A DNA stretch of 63,973 bases from a virus (lineage: Duplodnaviria; Caudoviricetes). This document shows positions 36,114 to 45,841 of this stretch, piece after piece. The notes beneath the pieces are model-generated. The model saw only the letters and a list, made by a program, of their open reading frames with translations, did no database searches and was not told the DNA's origin. Positions within the stretch are counted from its first letter, which is position 1, and every line of letters begins with the position of its first letter. Position numbers and translations under genes: made by a program. The stretch is from the IMG/VR virus record IMGVR_UViG_3300008114_000027, positions 1 through 63,973 of that record; one strand, written 5' to 3'.

Positions 36114-38375
36114 TTAATACTGTCTGTAAGCAAAGCCATCTATAGCGTAGAAGGTATTACCAATCTCCGAGCTTGAAACTACAATGACAGTGTTTGTGTT
36201 GAACGGAAGCGAGGTGACTGGGTCAATATTAAAATCTCCTATCACCGCCAATGCGCCGCCAATATTAACCGTACCGCCTATCTTCCAGACACCGTCGGCT
36301 GGAACATAGCACAAGTTAAATTGTATATCATAAGCGTTATCACCAACCACTAGTCCAAATACAGTTGTGTTAGTATTTGAATTTACAAATTTTATTTCAG
36401 TCGCTACGTCTGAAGCTGTTCCCTTTATATTAAACTTGTAAAATATTTTTTCATTTAACCAATCGGCTGGAATGAATAAATTGGCAGAGCCTTCCTCATC
36501 AACATAAAAGCCTAGCATTCTAAATTTATGCAAGCCGTTAACGGTAGTCGTTAAAGTGTTTACTTCGTTTGTTAGGTCTAATAAATCATTATACAAGTTT
36601 GAAATGACCGTCTGAATGTCGGTAAGCCAAGCGTTGATTAAATTTATTTGATTTCCTAAACTAGTCACCTCGTTGAGTATGATGGCAATAACATCCCAGA
36701 TGTCTTGAATATCATCAAGGTATGTGCTAGGAGTTAATGACGCTAAGAATAATTGAAGTTGGTCTATTGCATCTTGAATATCACCAGCCGCGTTTTGAGA
36801 TTGAGTTAAATACGTGGCAATGTTTACTGTGTATTGAGAATATTCTGGGAAATCCGCAATGAAAGCATCAAGCAACGCCACTATCCCGTTTAAGTCCGTT
36901 ACGACAAATCCAAACGAAACCTCCAAAGCATTTGTCCAAACCTCTAGCTGGTCAACATCATCCGCAAATGTTGAAGACGTTGGGTCTAGCGCTAGAGCTG
37001 CTGATTGTATCTGAGTTACTTGCGCTAAAATACCAAGAAGGTCTGCATCGTATGAAGCAATAGCCGCAACAATGGCGTTGTAAGCCTCTAGAGCGTCTGC
37101 ATTTTCTTGAACCGCATTACCAAGCCCGATGACTTGAAGGTTTAAATTATCAATCTCTGACTGTATCTGAGCGATTATAGACGTTGCGTCTAGGTTGCTG
37201 TTGTCAACCCAGTAAGGTACGTCCTGATTCTCATCGCAACATCCGCAGCTGCACTCTCCGCTCTCGTCAAGCACAGACTCTAGCTGAGCCACAGTCGCAG
37301 CGTACATGGCGTTGTTCCCACAAGTCTTGTACTCCTTAGCCAAGGCATACAGCTGAAGTACCATAAGTATGGTAGCCTCAAGACCGCTCGCCTGACCTCT
37401 CTGGAATGACGCGTAGTACTTGTCCTTTAAGCTCTCGATGCATGGCGTGAGACCACAGAGTGTTCCAACGCATGTTACAGCCGTCTCGCCCGTATCCCTT
37501 ACAGTGTAAGTGTAGACAAGCCCGTCGTCTTGGGTCACGCTCATGTTCAAAACAAGCACGTGAGTCCATGTGCCGACAGCAAGCTCGTTAAAGGTTAGGC
37601 TAGGAGATGTCGTGGTAACCGGGTTTGTATCAGGCTCTGGGTACAGACCGTTAGGGTAGTATCCGCTAAGTGATCTGCTCACAATAACCTGACCCGTAGG
37701 GATCACAGAGCTGTCCGCAAATATGATCTGGCCGAACTGTGTGCTCTCGCAGTCGTATGTTGTTGTCACCGCAGGGGTAACAAAGTTGCACCCGTTCCAT
37801 GTGTAAGTGCTGCCAGCAAAGGCTGCGCGGGTAACGTCAAAGGAAAAAGTTCCAGTCGGTATACCCTCGTTCACTAGGGTAGTCTGTGTGACTACGATTG
37901 TGGATATATCATCGCCCGTATCATAAGTAGCCGTAGCTACAGTGAACGTGCCGTTGTTCTCGGTCTCCGTGTTGCCTGTAGTCACGATGCTGTCTCCAGC
38001 TATCAGCACCCTACCAGCCTCGGTTAAGTCAAAGTTAAACGTTGAAGGGGCGTTCACCTCGTCAACAGACCCGCCCGTGATAGCGTATCTCAACGAGTAT
38101 GTGAACGAGTAAGTCCCGTTCAGGATCTCCCCGTTAGAATCTAATGGCAGGTTGAACCATGCGCTGTTCGTGGTGGACATCAAGTTCACCAGAGGGCTAC
38201 CAACCGTTGTCCCGGTGTAGATCGCCACGCCGGTAGGCCCGGTGACAACACCAAGACCTTTAGCGTTCAGAGCCGATAGGCTTATCCCCTCAGCCACATA
38301 GTTTGATGCGTCAACAATTCTTCCTTTCTTTGTTACCGCGTTTATTTCAAGGTATACGTTAGCTGTTAGAGCCAT
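36114..38375 (-). CDS. Structural protein with beta-rich N-terminus, CSCGCC cluster and acidic coiled coil (753 aa)
   Basis: Composition and location among tail genes; own TATTTTTG element at 38396-38403. Confidence 0.6.
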   Translation of the reverse strand: MALTANVYLEINAVTKKGRIVDASNYVAEGISLSALNAKGLGVVTGPTGVAIYTGTTVGSPLVNLMSTTNSAWFNLPLDSNGEILNGTYSFTYSLRYAITGGSVDEVNAPSTFNFDLTEAGRVLIAGDSIVTTGNTETENNGTFTVATATYDTGDDISTIVVTQTTLVNEGIPTGTFSFDVTRAAFAGSTYTWNGCNFVTPAVTTTYDCESTQFGQIIFADSSVIPTGQVIVSRSLSGYYPNGLYPEPDTNPVTTTSPSLTFNELAVGTWTHVLVLNMSVTQDDGLVYTYTVRDTGETAVTCVGTLCGLTPCIESLKDKYYASFQRGQASGLEATILMVLQLYALAKEYKTCGNNAMYAATVAQLESVLDESGECSCGCCDENQDVPYWVDNSNLDATSIIAQIQSEIDNLNLQVIGLGNAVQENADALEAYNAIVAAIASYDADLLGILAQVTQIQSAALALDPTSSTFADDVDQLEVWTNALEVSFGFVVTDLNGIVALLDAFIADFPEYSQYTVNIATYLTQSQNAAGDIQDAIDQLQLFLASLTPSTYLDDIQDIWDVIAIILNEVTSLGNQINLINAWLTDIQTVISNLYNDLLDLTNEVNTLTTTVNGLHKFRMLGFYVDEEGSANLFIPADWLNEKIFYKFNIKGTASDVATEIKFVNSNTNTTVFGLVVGDNAYDIQFNLCYVPADGVWKIGGTVNIGGALAVIGDFNIDPVTSLPFNTNTVIVVSSSEIGNTFYAIDGFAYRQY

Positions 38376-38438
38376 GGTCTTTAATATATTTTAAGCAAAA
38401 ATACAAAAACACTTTGTTAGTACAACGAATTAAAAAAG

Positions 38439-38464
38439 AAATTCCCCTCACATTGGAGGGGAAT
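38439..38464 (-). terminator. Intrinsic terminator
   Basis: ATTCCCCTC-acattg-GAGGGGAAT with a + strand A-tract, which reads as a U-tract on the - strand. Confidence 0.7.
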
Positions 38465-38533
38465 CTCTGAACCAAATAACAAATCAATTAACAAATCAAT
38501 TAACAAACCACTTTAATAGAACCACAAATATAG

Positions 38534-39592
38534 TTATCCTCTGAGTGTCTGACAAATTTCTCCTGTTAAAATATTATAATAACCGCTGTAGCTATCATTC
38601 TTTCCCTGTGCTGGCATGAACTCTATGTACAGCTCAAGGATAGCCTGACCGGCAGCAGGATCGTAGGTTAGCGTGTGCTCCACCGCGTTGTACACTGCAT
38701 TTCCTTCCGCCTCGACTAGAGATATTGATCTAGAACTAGGGTCAGACTTTAGGTATCTGCGCTTGAAGCTCTCACCCTCATTGCCGCTTGAAAGGCTTGT
38801 GGTGTCACCAACCTGCCCGTTATTATAAAGTCTCCACTCGACCACATAGTCACGGCCAGTCATGTTGTAGCTTGTCTTCAACGATCCAATCTTGTAAAAG
38901 TCTGAGATGACCCCGTTGATAAATATGTTGCCGTCATACACACCACCTGTTGCCGGCGTGATCTGAGGAAAGATGTTTGTGAAGCAAGTCGCAGGGTCCC
39001 TGTTCTCTACAATCACAACAGTCTTTGAACGCTCGATCACTTCCTCTATCGGGATAGAAAGCATGGTAGCTATCTCGTCGTGGGTCATGTAGACATCGCG
39101 TCCTCTGTACTCACAGACAATGGGCATGTTATTCTCTCTCTCAATAGTCCAGCCGCCCTCGACCTCGTTTATCTTTAGCACCTCCTCGAATACGTCATAG
39201 GTAACCTTGTTCGCGTGAAGCCAGTTCTCTCTCTGCATATGGAACACGTGAGATGATTCCTGTTTACCCTCGTAAGTGTACCCGTGCTCGTGTATAAGAT
39301 TGTGCACAAAGTTCAAAGCATAGGCGCCGTAAGGGTCCTCAATCTTTTGAGGCGTCGTGTACACCGTCTTCCACTCGTAGAACGATGGGGCTTGCGGGCG
39401 AGGCGTCTTGTTTATGCGTGACGCTGCAAGGTCCGCCTTGTACTGTGCCTGTATCTCAGCTATTACCGTCGGAGACTTTCTCGTGTAAACCTTGTTGATC
39501 ACAAACTTACTGGAGATTCTCTTGACAATTACCGAGTTTTCCAATTCCTTTAACTCAAGAGGTAGCCCGAGCGTGTTAAAATCTAGCGTCAT
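38534..39592 (-). CDS. Hypothetical protein (352 aa)
   Basis: Long ORF with no recognisable motif. Confidence 0.75.
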   Translation of the reverse strand: MTLDFNTLGLPLELKELENSVIVKRISSKFVINKVYTRKSPTVIAEIQAQYKADLAASRINKTPRPQAPSFYEWKTVYTTPQKIEDPYGAYALNFVHNLIHEHGYTYEGKQESSHVFHMQRENWLHANKVTYDVFEEVLKINEVEGGWTIERENNMPIVCEYRGRDVYMTHDEIATMLSIPIEEVIERSKTVVIVENRDPATCFTNIFPQITPATGGVYDGNIFINGVISDFYKIGSLKTSYNMTGRDYVVEWRLYNNGQVGDTTSLSSGNEGESFKRRYLKSDPSSRSISLVEAEGNAVYNAVEHTLTYDPAAGQAILELYIEFMPAQGKNDSYSGYYNILTGEICQTLRG

Positions 39593-39643
39593 ATATATTG
39601 TTTATTTGTTATACCTAAAACTTATAGCCCTTGGTATAGTTAA

Positions 39644-39919
39644 TTAAATTTCATTTGGTGGTATCTCTAAATCTGGAATTGGCTCTAACACATCAACGCC
39701 CTTTACAATCGCGTTGTATTGAGCAAGAGTCAATGTCTCGGTGTTCTCCGTACCAACAAAAGTTTTTGAATAGATTAAGTACATCTGCTGCTGTACTATT
39801 AGCTTAGTATCCTCTAAACTTGTGGGATAGTCAACATCCTCACACTTCTGGGTAATAGACATCACTACTTTTTGGGAGTCGTTATCATTGAACGTGTATG
39901 TGTACTTGTAGTATATCAT
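39644..39919 (-). CDS. Small protein after tail fibre (possible fibre chaperone)
   Basis: ATGA-coupled to the fibre gene. Confidence 0.5.
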   Translation of the reverse strand: MIYYKYTYTFNDNDSQKVVMSITQKCEDVDYPTSLEDTKLIVQQQMYLIYSKTFVGTENTETLTLAQYNAIVKGVDVLEPIPDLEIPPNEI

Positions 39920-42162
39920 CGTTTTAAATTAAAGGATTCACCACACCAATCAACTGATGCAGACCTAGTGTTTAAAGTTCCTGCCGAGCCTCCTAGTCTA
40001 TAAAAAGGAAGTCCACCATAGTTACCAGACACCCTTGTAAATCTATAAGCAAAGGAGTAGGTTATGCCGTCTGTTGAATAGAAGAAGATAGCGTCACCGC
40101 TATTTGACGAGGTAATAAATATTCCTAGATAGATGTAAGTAGCGGCGGTAATTGGTACTGTAGTCGCTGTTAGTATAGTTAATGAATTGGCCACATTTGT
40201 AATTCGAATATTCCAAAAGGCGGGGGTCACACCACCTGATGCAAATGTCGGCATCTCCCACATTAATCCCGTCTGCCCGTTTGTTGCTACCGTAGATGTT
40301 GAGGCGTTCAGTCCAGCATTAAAATTCCAATCCTGCGCAGCCGTTGGCACCGTGTCAATCTTTACTTTTGATACCCATAGCTGGGGACACAAGCCATTAA
40401 CCCCGAATACAGTACTTCCTCCAAACCTTCTATAGTCCACACTTGCATATAAAAATCCGGTGATAGTTGTTCCTGCACTCAACCTCATTACCCCCCAATC
40501 TGTATTAGTCTCAGCGCCCGACGCTAGACCAGATCCGGTACCAGAAGTTACCCCGTAAAACATTTTAGTTGCCTGAGAACCCGTGGTAGGGTTTATATTT
40601 TCAAAGTCATCATAGAAGTCAAAGCCGCCCTGATTTGGGTGGGTGTTAAATTGTGACCATCTTGTTCCCGTGTAAAGAAAGGTTATCTCCCTTTCAGGCA
40701 TCAAGAAGTATGGAGACTTTTGTGCTAACTTAAATCTATTTGTGGCGGTTGATGTAGTAGCCTCGTTCTCAATAATAACTACATTATTTGTTGAACTGTT
40801 TACTATTGTAACTATTTTACCAGCCGACGGGTTTGCTAGTCCACCTAAACTTATAATGTTGTTTGTATTGTTTGGGGTAAAGTCAATAACCTTTACTACA
40901 TCTACAGCGCCGGGCCATCCCGTAGGTGCCCAGTTATCCTCTCTAGCATTGGTAGATGTAGCGGATATAACAGCAAGGTCCACGTTGGGTACATACTCGT
41001 TTGACCATACCCCGGCCACCGAGTCGTACAATAAAGTCTGACCCGTTAACGGGGATGATATGAGAACGTTGTGAAGCTCGTCCAGCTCATAGCCGTTGTC
41101 TACCTTCACAAATATTTTTCCATGAATTGCGTGGGCGTACTCCACGTACCCCACAATGACAGAGTGCTGCGGCGCCGTCGGCTTAACGTTGGTGATGGCG
41201 CCAGCTGTCGTCGGGGAAAGGTACAGGACCTGACCGTCCACCCACGTCTCTCCCTGTAAAGAGCCTGTGGTGTTGATTTCCTTTACCTGACCAGACACGG
41301 TAATAAAACCTTCCTGATTTCCAAGAATAGTCTCGGTCACTATACCAAGGGTACCCGCCGAGTTGGCGTCGTTATCACCCTGTGCAAGCCTAACCGAAAG
41401 TCTCTGTCCCGTGGCACCGGTAACCAGCACCACCTGATAATTAGCCTCCAACAAATCTATTAAAGGTGTCGTCTTGTTGACCACCCTAGCCACTAACTCT
41501 TGACCAATTTGAAGAGTCACGTTGTTACCCTTCAGCCTCAAATCCATCGTGCCGTCGGTATCGTTCCATCGCATTCTCCCTACCTGTAAAGCATTAGTAG
41601 GAGTAAGGTCAGCTTGAAAAAAGTCTGACGTGATTCCGTGAGTACCCAAGTCAACGTCGCCTGTCGCCCCGGTGTACGGAACAAATCCTCCGCCAGAAGA
41701 TCCACCTACCTGAACATACGCGGAGCCGTCCCAACGATAGAGGTAGTTAGTGTCCTCTGCTATGTAGATCACATCCACAACCCCGGTTGCTGGGAATGAC
41801 GCCAAGTCCGGATAGGACCTCACGCTGAGTGTTCCCAGATCCGTACAGCAGCTAACAAACAAGGTAGAGTTAAGGTACTCGTAAACTTCCCTAACCTTCA
41901 GTATATAATCGTTGACATCAAAGTTAGGCTGAGGCAATGCGGTATAAGGCTTGCCGTCTATATCGATAAGACCTATCACGGTAAACACGTACATCGACTC
42001 GCCGTTCACAATAGCAAACAGCTTGTTAGTCGCCATGTTGATCTCTATCTGGTCGGTAACCTTCAAGGACAGGACAACCACGTCGTTCGTGTTTATAAAC
42101 AAGATACGACCCGTGGCGGTCTTCTCTATAGACTTTAAGTCAGCCTCGATGTTGTATACCAT
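39916..42162 (-). CDS. Tail fibre or receptor-binding protein
   Basis: YPDLASFPATG...IYIA.DTN.LYRWDGSAY, FVPYTGATGDVDLG and LDELHNV motifs; Thr/Gly-rich AT-richer C-terminus. Start moved to ATG 42162, downstream of the promoter element at 42167-42174. Confidence 0.7.
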   Translation of the reverse strand: MVYNIEADLKSIEKTATGRILFINTNDVVVLSLKVTDQIEINMATNKLFAIVNGESMYVFTVIGLIDIDGKPYTALPQPNFDVNDYILKVREVYEYLNSTLFVSCCTDLGTLSVRSYPDLASFPATGVVDVIYIAEDTNYLYRWDGSAYVQVGGSSGGGFVPYTGATGDVDLGTHGITSDFFQADLTPTNALQVGRMRWNDTDGTMDLRLKGNNVTLQIGQELVARVVNKTTPLIDLLEANYQVVLVTGATGQRLSVRLAQGDNDANSAGTLGIVTETILGNQEGFITVSGQVKEINTTGSLQGETWVDGQVLYLSPTTAGAITNVKPTAPQHSVIVGYVEYAHAIHGKIFVKVDNGYELDELHNVLISSPLTGQTLLYDSVAGVWSNEYVPNVDLAVISATSTNAREDNWAPTGWPGAVDVVKVIDFTPNNTNNIISLGGLANPSAGKIVTIVNSSTNNVVIIENEATTSTATNRFKLAQKSPYFLMPEREITFLYTGTRWSQFNTHPNQGGFDFYDDFENINPTTGSQATKMFYGVTSGTGSGLASGAETNTDWGVMRLSAGTTITGFLYASVDYRRFGGSTVFGVNGLCPQLWVSKVKIDTVPTAAQDWNFNAGLNASTSTVATNGQTGLMWEMPTFASGGVTPAFWNIRITNVANSLTILTATTVPITAATYIYLGIFITSSNSGDAIFFYSTDGITYSFAYRFTRVSGNYGGLPFYRLGGSAGTLNTRSASVDWCGESFNLKR

Positions 42163-42174
42163 AGTACAAAAATA

Positions 42175-42204
42175 AATAAAGGCGGTCAATTAACCGCCTT
42201 TATT
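42175..42204 (-). terminator. Intrinsic terminator
   Basis: AATAAAGGCGG-tcaattaa-CCGCCTTTATT inverted repeat. Confidence 0.7.
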
Positions 42205-42222
42205 ATAGTTATTTTTAATCAA

Positions 42223-43155
42223 TTACTGTAGAAGACTCTGCAAGAACTCCACATCCTTTGGGCTGACGTTCAAGAACTCTAGGAGACCAAGCTCCTTCTC
42301 TGTCTTGTTCTTACCCTTGGACTCGACGATGGTCTTAACCTCGGCGCCGTTCTTGTTCTTCACTGTCCAGAAGCCATCCTTCTCTATCAGCAAGCCTTCC
42401 TTGGTAAGGGACTTGATAAGAGAGTTCACGTTAGACTCACCCTTGCTAGAGTTTGCCATGGCGTCCACGTTAGCAACGGCACGGTCAAGTCTCTCTCTGA
42501 AGCCGTCCCTGTTAGCAATGGCACGGTCGTACAACAACGTGCGGTCGTCGTCCTCTACACCTGTAGGCGTGAACGCGAGCAAGATCATCACGTTGTTCAG
42601 CTTCGAAGAACTCATGCGAGTCTCGTCCACCAGCAACATAGACATGTACTTGTGCTGAACGCTTACATTAGCGATACGAGCCTTGGCCTCGGCAGCTGGT
42701 ACCAAGAAGTAGAACCTTCCGGCAGGGTTAGCCACCACGTTGTTTGTAAAGTTAGAGCTGTAGAAGTACAGTGCCACCAGCTTCTCAAGGTTAGCCACCG
42801 GGTCGATAGGCATGCCGTTGTGTACCGGGATGTGCTTTGCATTAAAGATAGGCTCGCCAGTCTTGCTGAAGGTTGGCTGCGTCTCCGCATACATCCACTG
42901 GTGCATCATACCGTCCTCGCCCAAGAACCTGCCCGTAGGCTTGACCATGGTCGGCAATCCCTGAACCTGCTTGGTGCCCAGAGGAACATCTGTAATTCCT
43001 GCCCTGAACGTGGTGATTGATTTAAGACCAGCATTGTTCAAGTTGATGATGACTGGAGCTTTCTTCTTCCCTGTGAATGAGTTCGGGAAGATGCCCTTTA
43101 AAATTTCCAACTCTTTAGAAAAGTCGGTCTGTCTTTTTCCGTCAATATATAACAT
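42223..43155 (-). CDS. Hypothetical protein downstream of capsid gene (310 aa)
   Basis: Synteny only. Confidence 0.7.
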   Translation of the reverse strand: MLYIDGKRQTDFSKELEILKGIFPNSFTGKKKAPVIINLNNAGLKSITTFRAGITDVPLGTKQVQGLPTMVKPTGRFLGEDGMMHQWMYAETQPTFSKTGEPIFNAKHIPVHNGMPIDPVANLEKLVALYFYSSNFTNNVVANPAGRFYFLVPAAEAKARIANVSVQHKYMSMLLVDETRMSSSKLNNVMILLAFTPTGVEDDDRTLLYDRAIANRDGFRERLDRAVANVDAMANSSKGESNVNSLIKSLTKEGLLIEKDGFWTVKNKNGAEVKTIVESKGKNKTEKELGLLEFLNVSPKDVEFLQSLLQ

Positions 43156-43188
43156 GTTGCATTTAATTTATGAGACAAATATAAAACA

Positions 43189-43216
43189 AAAAAAGGTAGC
43201 CTTGGCTACCCTTTTT
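43189..43216 (-). terminator. Terminator after the major capsid gene
   Basis: GGTAGC-cttg-GCTACC flanked by A and T tracts. Confidence 0.7.
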
Positions 43217-43238
43217 ATATATGATTCCTGTACTAGGA

Positions 43239-44648
43239 TTACAATGAACTGTCGTACATGTAACCGCACTGCTTCAATGAGAAGAAGTCAAGACCGAAGT
43301 GAGTCAAGTAGTGAGTCAATCGGTTGTCGATGTCGTTCGTTGGAACAGGCGCGTTAGCTCCAGTCTCCCAAATCTTCAACATACGATCCTGACCGTTGTC
43401 ACCGTTCACACCGTAAGCAAGCTCCATGTGACGGCGGGTCATACCCTGAGCGTCTACACCTGAACCTGAAGGCATGAAGTATGCTGTGTTAGCAAACAAG
43501 TTGCCAGACACACCACCAACACCGAACACTTGTGGGTCATAAGACAAGTCAAATGAGCGAAGGTTGAAAACCATACCCTCCTTAACAACGCACTCGAAGT
43601 CGAATGTTGCGTACATGCTCTCAACGTTCTCAGCTGCTCCGAAGATCATCTCAGCAGACTGACGACGAACAGCAGAGATGTTAGCGTTCTGGAACTCAGT
43701 AGCCAACGCAGCTTGAAGTGGACGGTTGATACCGCGACATAGCCATCCCATGAAGTTGTTGTCAGGGTTGTTAGGCTTCAATGCGTCGATCAACGCGTTC
43801 AAGTCCTCAATACCAACACCTGCACCTGTAGTGTCAACGTTCACACCGTTTGCCAATGTAGCGAAGCGGTCCATCATACCGTGAGTTGTCTGTGACAACG
43901 ATGACTGATCAGACTCGATACCTAGGATAAGCTGACCGATAGTCGACTTAAGGTGACGGAACTCAGCCTGCGTGCGCTGAACACCACCCCAGTTACCTAC
44001 GAAGTTTCCGTTCTCGTCAGTCTCAGGGAATAGCTGGTCAATAGCAGCGTTACCTGTGATAAGTGCAGAAGTCTTCAAAGTCTGTAGCTTGAATGAGAAC
44101 TTGTCCCATGAGCTAGACTTTGCGTTTGGCTGTCCACTGTTCTCGTTGTAAGCGTTTGAGTAGATAGCGTACTGCTTGCCTGCTGTAGGCACGGTCCAGC
44201 TTGTTCCTGTCAAAGACTTTGCTGTAACAGTAACATCACCAGATGATGGGATGTCTACAGTTATTACTTGACCACGTGTGTTTGTAGCCATGTCCATGAT
44301 AAGGTCACCCTCTGTCACGTACACTGTGCGTGTAGATCCAACGGTCTCGATCTGAGCGTCAGCAATTGTGAACTCAAGAGTTCCTCCAGTTGAACCAGAG
44401 TCAGCCTTAACTTGGATGTAAGTGTCGTAGAAGCTCTCCTCGAAGTGGAAACCGCCCGATGCGTTACGGATAGGGCGTGTAGCTTGCATACGCTTCAAGA
44501 GCAACAAGTCGTCCATGAACTGACCGTACTGCTTGAATAGTTTTGTCTGAAAGTCTGGACGTACAAAGTCAGACACCGCAAGGATGCTCGACTGCTGATA
44601 GCCAGAGGTGTTAGGGGCCACCGAGTTCGGTGAATATTCTAATGCCAT
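43239..44648 (-). CDS. Major capsid protein (469 aa)
   Basis: Position two genes after portal, size, apparently strong codon bias, and a terminator directly after. Confidence 0.75.
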   Translation of the reverse strand: MALEYSPNSVAPNTSGYQQSSILAVSDFVRPDFQTKLFKQYGQFMDDLLLLKRMQATRPIRNASGGFHFEESFYDTYIQVKADSGSTGGTLEFTIADAQIETVGSTRTVYVTEGDLIMDMATNTRGQVITVDIPSSGDVTVTAKSLTGTSWTVPTAGKQYAIYSNAYNENSGQPNAKSSSWDKFSFKLQTLKTSALITGNAAIDQLFPETDENGNFVGNWGGVQRTQAEFRHLKSTIGQLILGIESDQSSLSQTTHGMMDRFATLANGVNVDTTGAGVGIEDLNALIDALKPNNPDNNFMGWLCRGINRPLQAALATEFQNANISAVRRQSAEMIFGAAENVESMYATFDFECVVKEGMVFNLRSFDLSYDPQVFGVGGVSGNLFANTAYFMPSGSGVDAQGMTRRHMELAYGVNGDNGQDRMLKIWETGANAPVPTNDIDNRLTHYLTHFGLDFFSLKQCGYMYDSSL

Positions 44649-44677
44649 TTTTTTTTAAATTTTAATTATTGGTTGGG

Positions 44678-45826
44678 TTATCTATTCTGCTTCCAGCTCT
44701 CCATAGCCTGTTCTGCTGGGCTGATCACCTTACCCTGTTGACTTGGTGGTGTCACTCTTCCATTTGTTATCGGGCCGAGATTGTGCTGTTCTCGCACAAT
44801 TTGTTCTCTTATCTTGCCCTCAGCCGCCTTGATAGATTCGCGGATTATGTCGTCCATCTTTGCCAACCGCAAATTGGTCTCCACCGCTTGTCGTACAGCC
44901 GCCACCCCTTCATCGTCCGGGTTGGCATAGTTGAATATTCCTACCGCCATCAGGTTTTTAAGTTCAGCCCCGACCTCCGCATCGCTAACCGCGATATTAA
45001 CTTGGACAGCGCCTACTCCTTCAATACCTGTGTCAACAGCCTTGCTGATCGCCTTGATAGGTGTGCCTATTGACGGAACTAGAGAGTCCCACTTCGCCTG
45101 ACGCACCGCATAATCTTGCTCTTGAGCCTTAGCTTGTTGTTGCAAATTTACAAAATAATTATCATTAGATACATACTGCTCTCTTTTTTTTGTGATAGCG
45201 TCCAACGCGTTGGTTGCCTCTATCTTTAAAAGGGCAGGGTACTTAGTGTCTTCGTTCACATACGACAGGTCGATGTTGTACTTTTGGGCAACACCCTCCA
45301 TCAACTCATCAAGTCCAACAGATGCCAGCTTCGGGTTGCTTAGTAGCATCTCAATAGCGATAGCCTTTACAGGATCATTAGTAAGGTCGTCGTCTGTCGT
45401 GTTGATTACCGTGGTCGCAAGGTTCAAGTCGTTGATCCCTGTTGCCTTACTGAAGTTGTTGATCTGTCTGATAGACTCGTTAGCGAACGGGTCCTTCACC
45501 ATGTTCAACACCTTCATCTCCTCCTGAACTTGACTGTACTGACTCGCAATACTCTCAAGCTCATTGAACCTGTTCAGCTTATTCTGTAGGTCATCCTCGC
45601 CAGACAAACCAAATCTCGAGAAGTCAAATCCCTGTGGCGTTAAGTCAGCTGCTGGCGCAATGTCTCCCGCCGGTGCTGGCTCAGCCGCTGGTATATGTTC
45701 TGGTGTAGGCTCTGCCGCCGGTGCAGGATTCTGTGCCGCGTATGCCGCCGCCATGTCGTCCGCGCTCGCGTTAGGGTTGCTAGAGCTGTAGCTCATCGCA
45801 AACTCTGCTGGTACTTGTGTGTTCAT
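44678..45826 (-). CDS. Putative scaffolding or head assembly protein
   Basis: Acidic, Pro/Ala-rich N-terminus, helical; lies between portal and capsid. Confidence 0.55.
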   Translation of the reverse strand: MNTQVPAEFAMSYSSSNPNASADDMAAAYAAQNPAPAAEPTPEHIPAAEPAPAGDIAPAADLTPQGFDFSRFGLSGEDDLQNKLNRFNELESIASQYSQVQEEMKVLNMVKDPFANESIRQINNFSKATGINDLNLATTVINTTDDDLTNDPVKAIAIEMLLSNPKLASVGLDELMEGVAQKYNIDLSYVNEDTKYPALLKIEATNALDAITKKREQYVSNDNYFVNLQQQAKAQEQDYAVRQAKWDSLVPSIGTPIKAISKAVDTGIEGVGAVQVNIAVSDAEVGAELKNLMAVGIFNYANPDDEGVAAVRQAVETNLRLAKMDDIIRESIKAAEGKIREQIVREQHNLGPITNGRVTPPSQQGKVISPAEQAMESWKQNR

Positions 45827-45841
45827 GTCTTATTGTTTGTT

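Noticed and set aside
38478-38510. TAACAAATCAAT tandem repeat, and TCAAA repeats at about 3019-3035
   Set aside because: Short low-complexity AT-rich intergenic repeats, most simply slippage or leader composition.
38534-42162. Diversity-generating retroelement acting on the tail fibre
   Set aside because: No reverse transcriptase and no template/variable repeat pair noticed.
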